Virus record (IMG/VR): IMGVR_UViG_3300017989_000061
Source: an uncultured virus (IMG/VR IMGVR_UViG_3300017989_000061)
Lineage: Duplodnaviria; Heunggongvirae; Uroviricota; Caudoviricetes
Length of the DNA stretch: 64,000 bases
Reading direction: 5' to 3' (one strand)
Shown here: in pieces, positions 57,778-64,000 of the stretch
Layout: each line of letters opens with the position of its first letter
How positions within the stretch are numbered: position 1 is the first letter of the stretch
Position numbers and translations under genes: made by a program
The notes under the pieces: generated by a model
Seen by the model: only the letters and a program-made list of their open reading frames with translations
Database searches by the model: none
What the model was told of the DNA's origin: nothing

Positions 57778-59379
57778 ATGAGTTTTCACAAACTGCTTTC
57801 ATTTTGCATGATGCTGTTCATTGTTGCTTCTTCTATTCTGTTGGGCATTGTTCTTATTGTCTGCTTGAATTCTGAAAAAGAAAATGCCAAGTACACTTTG
57901 TCAGGGAAGCCATCCAACTGGACACAGGAACAGTGGGAGATACTGAACACCCACCTAAAACAAATCGAACACCTTGAACAAAGAATCAATCAACTCGAAG
58001 GAAACAACAATGGCAATCGCAAAACATCAACTTATCGATTGCGGAGACAACCCGAACGCTCAGCGACCGAAGCTGAATATCGAATTCGACGGGACCAGTG
58101 ATATCCTTTGGGTACTGCCTGAAGGATATGGTGATGCGACCAGTGAAGATGGTCACGGTTCTCCTCTTGGTATCGAATACTACAATGGTTCTCTGCGACT
58201 GATTGTTTACAAAGACATCAACGAACAGGAACCCCAAATCATTGATTTGGAAAAGGCAAGAGAATCGAACAGAAAGGACACCTGATGAAAAAATACATCG
58301 GAATTGCGATGATCGTTGCAATGTTTGTGACATTCTTTGTCTTCATTGCATCAGTTGGTGGGATAAAGGCTGCACTGGAAGTTTTCATTTATAGCTTCGT
58401 GGGGTGCGTTTGGTTCTTTACTGCTCTTCATTTGATTGAAAGCGGAGAAAATGGCAACAGTACAGATCCTGTCTGAATTTAATGGTGAACAAAGGCAGGT
58501 TGCCGGATATGAAGAGGTTTCCGTTTACACCGCAATTGGGTTTCTGAACCACACTGTTTCTGTTTGGTTGTTTGAAAACGAACAAAACCATCCCGATGCA
58601 CAAATGGTTGACACCACATACGAAATTAACGGCAAGACACATCATACACGAACTATCGTCTCCGTTGACAAAAAAGAAATCATTGGCCAATTTTGGTTGG
58701 AGTTTCCACAATGGTAAATCCAATTCTTACACTTGATGTTCACTTCTATGTCTCCGTTGTCGGGACAGAATGTGAAAAGGGCAACAACTCACGTGGACAC
58801 CTGATAAACGAACTGGTTAAACTGACAAGCCTCAATGAACAGGAAGCCAACCAGTTTCTCGATGCCATGATTGAGGCTGAAAAACTCGTGGATGATGGCA
58901 ACGGATGTTTCCGCTGTACCATCCCATCCTGAAAGGAAGAACAATGATTGAAATTCGTGTCACACGTCCCGAAATGTACGAAGATGGAGACTTCTCGAAA
59001 CGACAGGGACATTACTTTGAAGCAGAAACTTTTGATATTGCTCTCGACAGAGCGCTTCATTCCAAGGTGTTCAACGAAGGTGAAGTGCTGGACGTTCAAA
59101 ACAAATTCACAGGTGCTTTCATCGGGGCTTATCGACTCGTTGATGGGTCACCAAAGAAACTTCCGCATACCTACGCTTAGGAACATTATGGCAATCGTCA
59201 TCTACGTTGGCAGGAAAGCACGGTATAAAGGGAATCTTTGTACTGTGTCTGCAATTCATCAAATCAGTTTGTTACGCAACAGACCCGTTACAATCGAATT
59301 AGAGGATGGGTCGAAGGTCAAGTGTTTTGAATCCGATCTTGCACCGGATTATGATAAACAATTGATCTACAAAGATTGA
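57778..59379 (+). other. run of 7 small hypothetical genes (two with TM segments)
   Basis: Abutting + ORFs, approximate starts 57778, 58010, 58285, 58451, 58711, 58944, 59188. Confidence 0.65.
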
Positions 59380-59440
59380 GACACCCTTATAGGGTAGCAT
59401 CACTCAAGCCGATTACTAAATTCAACTACTAAGGCGAACT

Positions 59441-60040
59441 GTGACTCAATCAAATTCCGCATCTTTCGATATGTCCTCTGATATCGCCCTCACAATGAAG
59501 CCAAATCGCACCATTCAAAAACCATTCAGCGAAGTTCTGCCCGGACAAAGATTCTGGGCTGAGAACTGGGGTGACATCAAATGTCATGTCAAACTTGATG
59601 AACCAACAAACAATTTCAACGCCTGTGAGATCAGCACAGGCTGTCTGTGTGAAGTTCCCGAACACAAGAATTGTGAGGTTAGAGCTGAGATCCAAGGGGC
59701 AGTTCAGCCGTTTCGTTTCTATCTGAGCCATTCAGAGCATCCAATCATTGTTGCGGTAGAGGGGTGTGCGTTGTTTGATGTGAGTGAAAATGAAATCAAA
59801 CGACGACTCGGAGAGGCAATCAAAAACTGGAACAAACACGATCCAAGCAATGATGCTGTAGGTCTGTTTGATATCCATACTGAAATTGAAAATGAATTTG
59901 CTGACACCTCTTCACAGGTTTATACCGACCCTGAAACACTGGAATGCCACATACAAAGGCAAGGTTTCGTGAGTCTGTCCTTGGAGTGCTACCACGTTGC
60001 TGAATCTGACTGGTGCGGCAATGATAATTTGATAGGCTAA
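59441..60040 (+). CDS. hypothetical protein (N-domain shared with next gene)
   Basis: FSEVLPGQRF...HVKL...NACEISTGCLC. Confidence 0.65.
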   Translation: MTQSNSASFDMSSDIALTMKPNRTIQKPFSEVLPGQRFWAENWGDIKCHVKLDEPTNNFNACEISTGCLCEVPEHKNCEVRAEIQGAVQPFRFYLSHSEHPIIVAVEGCALFDVSENEIKRRLGEAIKNWNKHDPSNDAVGLFDIHTEIENEFADTSSQVYTDPETLECHIQRQGFVSLSLECYHVAESDWCGNDNLIG

Positions 60041-60051
60041 AGGAACACAGC

Positions 60052-60405
60052 ATGTTGACCCAAATCAAATTCGGCGACCTTGCTCCCGGTGCAAAATTCT
60101 ACATCGATGACTTGGAGCATGTGAAACTCCAAAAGAACAGTGGCAATGGAAATTGGAATGCCTGTGATATTGAAACTGGCACACTTTGCTATGTCGTCGA
60201 TCAAATCACGGTCTCAATCTGCAAAGCCACTGCTTCAGCCCATGAGCAACTGATAGCACTTGGTTGTACTTACGTGAAAGCAGAAGACCGATTCGGGGAC
60301 ACCCGAACAGGATATTGGTTTCAAGGGGATGACCCCACTCACAGAGTTTATGGAGATTTCCTCGGAGAAACAGAGGAAGCTGCCATGCAGGCAATCAAAG
60401 GATAA
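60052..60405 (+). CDS. hypothetical protein (N-domain shared with previous gene)
   Basis: FGDLAPGAKF...HVKL...NACDIETGTLC. Confidence 0.7.
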   Translation: MLTQIKFGDLAPGAKFYIDDLEHVKLQKNSGNGNWNACDIETGTLCYVVDQITVSICKATASAHEQLIALGCTYVKAEDRFGDTRTGYWFQGDDPTHRVYGDFLGETEEAAMQAIKG

Positions 60406-60410
60406 ACAAT

Positions 60411-60938
60411 ATGAACCTCAGAGATATAGACAACCTCAAAGCTGCTGGTTACGAATTTGCTCACAGCATCGACAGCGCTTCGTATGGTGCAGTTCTACTG
60501 GTAAAAACCAAGCTGGATCTTCAGGATTTAACATACGAAGAAACACGTGTCTTCAGACAGTGTACCGAAAAGGTTTTCTATGCACTGGAAGATCTGGAAT
60601 CTATTCACGACCCGGAGATTCAACAAAGAAACCAGAACGAAAAAGAACAACTTCTCGCTTGTTTTGGTGATCGTTCTATTTTCGTTCAGGACATTCCTAA
60701 CGAATACCTCAACAGACCCTTTTATCCTGTCTGGCACATTGTGACTACTGAAATCGGTCACATCAAAACAGGATGGCGAAAACGTGTCATCGTCATCGAC
60801 TGGTCACAAACCATCGTTGATAAAAAAGCTGACACCCTCTTTCCTGAAGAAGACGTAACCAAAGACGGTCAAATGATCCATGCTTGGGGTTACGATAAAG
60901 CCAAAGAGTACATCGACAAACTTCACGAAGTTGCATAG
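60411..60938 (+). CDS. hypothetical phage protein
   Basis: GWRKRVIVIDW...EDVTK...IHAWG. Confidence 0.75.
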   Translation: MNLRDIDNLKAAGYEFAHSIDSASYGAVLLVKTKLDLQDLTYEETRVFRQCTEKVFYALEDLESIHDPEIQQRNQNEKEQLLACFGDRSIFVQDIPNEYLNRPFYPVWHIVTTEIGHIKTGWRKRVIVIDWSQTIVDKKADTLFPEEDVTKDGQMIHAWGYDKAKEYIDKLHEVA

Positions 60939-60946
60939 GAGCAACC

Positions 60947-61447
60947 ATGATTGACAAAAAATCCGTTGAACAGTTCACTCATCTGATAAACAGCACCATC
61001 GAAGAAACAAAGGACATGCAGAGTCCCCTGTATTCGTTCTATTGTGTGCTGGAAAACCGACTCAACGCCGATGATGAACTGGACGTGCGAGACAAAGCAC
61101 ACTTCGCCCAAAAGCGAATTGCTGCCAGATTATTTCTTGTCTATCAACGTGCAAACTTTGTCTCACAGGATGTTATTGCTGATCATCTGATTGAAGCACG
61201 AACAGTCAATGCCACCGTTCAGCTTGGACGGGATATCGTAGACTTTGTTGAAGTCTATGCGGAAGACAATGGGCTGAACCCAGAAGAAGTGATGGCAGAG
61301 GCAATTAAGGACTGGCACGAAACCCATTCCAACCGAGAACGACGTAAGAAACAACTCAAAGGGGTGAAAACCTCATCAGAGTTGACACCCCATATCGAAG
61401 CACGAGAAACAATTCTCAAACAAAGAAACACGGGGACGGGGGAATAA
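60947..61447 (+). CDS. hypothetical protein, possible C-terminal ribbon-helix-helix
   Basis: AGGAG RBS; ATVQL..DIVDFV..YA..NG.....VMAEAI. Confidence 0.65.
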   Translation: MIDKKSVEQFTHLINSTIEETKDMQSPLYSFYCVLENRLNADDELDVRDKAHFAQKRIAARLFLVYQRANFVSQDVIADHLIEARTVNATVQLGRDIVDFVEVYAEDNGLNPEEVMAEAIKDWHETHSNRERRKKQLKGVKTSSELTPHIEARETILKQRNTGTGE

Positions 61448-61529
61448 CCAACACAATCTGTAAAAGTAAAATGATTGTGCAATAAAACGCACGGGTTATG
61501 CACCCCGTCCCGACTTACAAAGGCAACTC

Positions 61530-61883
61530 ATGCCACATATCAGAAAAGAAGAACGTTACGTCAGAGTGGCATACGATCTGATGTGCGGATACGAAAGAGC
61601 AACTGCTCTTGCTGATGATGTAAACAAAGAACTGAAGGAAGATCGTGGTTTACATTCAGCCAAAGATGATACCCGTGGATGGGATGGCGACCGTATGTCG
61701 TGCGTTGTTGTCACCTATGATACTCTCGCAGATGCTGTTCGACTCGATCCGATAGTCAGACAACTTCTGTCTCGTAAAGCTAATTTCACTTACGAACCGA
61801 TCTATGGCGAATCCTATGGTTCAACAAGAGCGTATCTAAAAGTCAATTCCTGTACTTCGTTGACACCCATCAACAGTACATAA
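61530..61883 (+). CDS. hypothetical protein
   Basis: co-directional ORF. Confidence 0.65.
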   Translation: MPHIRKEERYVRVAYDLMCGYERATALADDVNKELKEDRGLHSAKDDTRGWDGDRMSCVVVTYDTLADAVRLDPIVRQLLSRKANFTYEPIYGESYGSTRAYLKVNSCTSLTPINST

Positions 61884-61907
61884 CCAATACTTCAACAGGG
61901 GACAACA

Positions 61908-62672
61908 ATGCCGACAGCAACTCGCAAACGAATCACCAAAGGTCTGAAGTTTCATTGGCATCATGCTGATGCGAACCCATGTTGGGAAGTCAAACATTCC
62001 CGTGGACAGGGAGTCTGGATTTGCCAGATTGTTGATTGCCCGGATTATTCCGGTGTGACCCGTGCCTTCACCAGAGAAGAAATTCATCTTGCTTTGTCTT
62101 CAGAAGAATTCTGGTCAGGCAGAGCTGATGACCACGAAAGTTTCTATGCTTCTCTGAAGCCGGGACAGATTGTTCACTACAACAACGGATTCAACAACTA
62201 TGTGCGTTGTGAAGCCTTCATTGAAGATGGTGAAACAAAGTTGAAGCCGATTGCTCTTGTCGGTCAGTGGAGAGAGTACGATCTCCCACGACGAAACGTC
62301 GATGGTTCAATCTCTTATAACTACTACCCGGCAATGGTACTCGGTGAAAAGTTTGGCAGCGATAACGTCAAAACCTCATTCACTCCGAACTACTCAAACA
62401 TTTATGAGGCAAAGCCAAGGGTGGGGGATATCGACCCGACAGACCTTGAACCTATCGATCTGTCAGTTCCTCCGATGACCGATGAACAGAAGTCTATCGC
62501 TGCTAAATGGCAGAAGGTAGCAGCGGTCAGTCGGGCAATTGAAGAAGGGCAGCGGGCAAGAGGAAAGGAAAACAATCCTCAGAAGATTCTCGATGCCATC
62601 GAAACTCTGATGAAAAAGAACCCCAAAGAATATCTCAGGCTGTTCACCACACTATCGGGGACACCTGTATAA
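61908..62672 (+). CDS. hypothetical phage protein
   Basis: 254 aa; GQIVHYNNGFNNYVRC. Confidence 0.75.
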   Translation: MPTATRKRITKGLKFHWHHADANPCWEVKHSRGQGVWICQIVDCPDYSGVTRAFTREEIHLALSSEEFWSGRADDHESFYASLKPGQIVHYNNGFNNYVRCEAFIEDGETKLKPIALVGQWREYDLPRRNVDGSISYNYYPAMVLGEKFGSDNVKTSFTPNYSNIYEAKPRVGDIDPTDLEPIDLSVPPMTDEQKSIAAKWQKVAAVSRAIEEGQRARGKENNPQKILDAIETLMKKNPKEYLRLFTTLSGTPV

Positions 62673-62677
62673 AAGCC

Positions 62678-62959
62678 ATGACAACTTCATCTGAACAAAA
62701 TATGACTCCCGAACAACGTGCTATGCCAAAGCACGTTCAACAGGAAGCATACAAAAGAATCCCAATGACCTGCGATCTGGTCAGACAGATTCTGGACGAA
62801 GCAATAGTCACATTGATGGACGATCTGGATATTGATCCTGCTGATGTGGCAACCGTTGATGTGGCTATGTCTCATGCTTTTCAACGTATTCGGGATGAAG
62901 TTACACAACCCTTCCGAACAGAACAAATGAGGTTGTTATGTCCAAAGGATACACCGTAA
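62678..62959 (+). CDS. hypothetical protein
   Basis: co-directional ORF. Confidence 0.6.
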   Translation: MTTSSEQNMTPEQRAMPKHVQQEAYKRIPMTCDLVRQILDEAIVTLMDDLDIDPADVATVDVAMSHAFQRIRDEVTQPFRTEQMRLLCPKDTP

Positions 62960-63128
62960 TCAGTGAAGCCGACGATCATATCATCGTTGGAATGAGTTTC
63001 GCACACTTCAACAAAAATTGCGAACCCTCAATTACCTACAACGGCAGATAATACAAGTGGGGACCACTGGAAATCTGCCCAATCAATTTCTGTTCCGCAC
63101 GTCGCTACAATCTGGAAAGCTGAAATCA

Positions 63129-63332
63129 ATGACATACAGAGAACTTCAGGCTGAAATGGCTAACTGGACCGATGAGCAACTGGATTCCGATGTGACCATT
63201 GAGATGCTCTGTGATCACGGCGACAATGAATGTTTTGCCGCTGAGTTGAGAATCGCTGGTGAAGATCATCCATCACTGGATGAAGATCACCCTGTACTGC
63301 TGGAATCGTCTTTTGACGACACCCAGTCATAA
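63129..63332 (+). CDS. hypothetical protein
   Basis: MTYREL...EQLDSDVT...LDEDHPVL. Confidence 0.65.
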   Translation: MTYRELQAEMANWTDEQLDSDVTIEMLCDHGDNECFAAELRIAGEDHPSLDEDHPVLLESSFDDTQS

Positions 63333-63448
63333 AGAAACAAGTCCCCTGATTGGATGCAGGTAGCCAACCATAGTGCTGGTAAACGCCGTATGCACGTGGA
63401 GGAGTGCCAGAACAATCAGGGGCAATTCTTTCAACAAAGGGGAAAATA

Positions 63449-64000
63449 ATGACGAACATCCGAATCACAATCAGTCCTGATCTCGATGCAGAACATCTGA
63501 ACCCTGCGAGTTATGACTGTGAATGGAAACCAATTAGCTTTTCTTCAAAGTTCATCAACTATGAAGATCCCGAAAACTACCTCAAGTTTGAAAACGGCAA
63601 GATCGTTCCTGCCACCGAAGAACTGAAGGAAAAGTTTGAGCAGGGATTCGCTTTCCTGCTCGACTATTACGAACACGGTTTGGGAATGTGGTCAATTCAT
63701 GGAACTGGTCCTAGTAGCACATGGGATAATACCAGTTGTGCTGGCATTTTGCTCTGGAACCACAAAGCTGAGGACATGGGTGCCAAGACACCCGATGAAC
63801 GAGAAAAGGACGCAAAACGCTTCCTCGAACGATACACTGACTGGTGCAATGGCACTTGTCATTACTTTGAAATCCACAAAATTACAGACTGTGAACATTG
63901 TGGACAAGAAATCAAAGAAACAATCGAAACAGACTACTCAAGGCAAGGTCACGTCGGAGACGACATCGAAGACGCTATCCGACAGGACTTGTTTGGAGTG
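63449..64000 (+). CDS. hypothetical protein, truncated by window end
   Basis: ORF from ATG 63449 (MTNIRITISPD) with GGGG RBS; appears open to the edge. Confidence 0.6.
   Translation, partial: MTNIRITISPDLDAEHLNPASYDCEWKPISFSSKFINYEDPENYLKFENGKIVPATEELKEKFEQGFAFLLDYYEHGLGMWSIHGTGPSSTWDNTSCAGILLWNHKAEDMGAKTPDEREKDAKRFLERYTDWCNGTCHYFEIHKITDCEHCGQEIKETIETDYSRQGHVGDDIEDAIRQDLFGV

Larger units (their letters stand above)
16984..63793 (+). repeat. dispersed, strand-polarised GACACC(C/T) heptamer
   Basis: About 46 GACACCC plus 21 GACACCT on + strand by eye over the window; all but three lie in this interval. Confidence 0.9.

Noticed and set aside
16984..63793. GACACCC as the -35 box of a promoter class, or as a CRISPR repeat
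   Set aside because: Most copies lack the TT of TTGACA, and I saw no conserved second box downstream in 11 junction-proximal copies compared; 7 bp at irregular spacing of hundreds of bases is not a CRISPR array
80..63907. Numerous - strand and alternate-frame ORFs in the track
   Set aside because: They overlap better-supported + strand genes with RBSs; only 15892..16647 and tnpB are accepted on the - strand
1..64000. Stop-codon reassignment (code 15 or TAA readthrough) in this window
   Set aside because: Genes tile densely under code 11, and TAG, TAA and TGA all terminate ORFs directly before new RBS/starts

Overview
This is most likely a 64-kb segment of a large (jumbo-type) dsDNA bacteriophage genome. 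About 125 tightly packed genes lie almost entirely on the + strand in standard genetic code, with no structural or core replication genes. The left ~26 kb carries recognisable accessory functions: DenV glycosylase, metallophosphoesterase, nucleoside-deoxyribosyltransferase-like protein, a full WGR-PARP, a NUDT16-like Nudix hydrolase, an ARC/Mpa-like AAA ATPase, HNH, a ParB-like protein, a sigma factor, a RuvB-like ATPase, a GHKL-HExxH fusion, a macrodomain and an aberrant tRNA with an apparent CUA anticodon. Five copies of a conserved GCTTTACA-N16/17-TAGAAT promoter occur there. A TnpB-only IS200/IS605 element splits one gene at 26.9-28.3 kb. The right ~36 kb is a run of small hypothetical genes, plus CsrA, two GNATs and a five-repeat protein, interspersed with GC-rich structured intergenic elements. 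The most striking unexplained signal is a strand-polarised heptamer, GACACC(C/T), with about 67 copies by eye. It is nearly absent from the first 17 kb and reaches roughly one copy per gene in the last 22 kb. All protein calls come from motif recognition by eye; no database searches were run.
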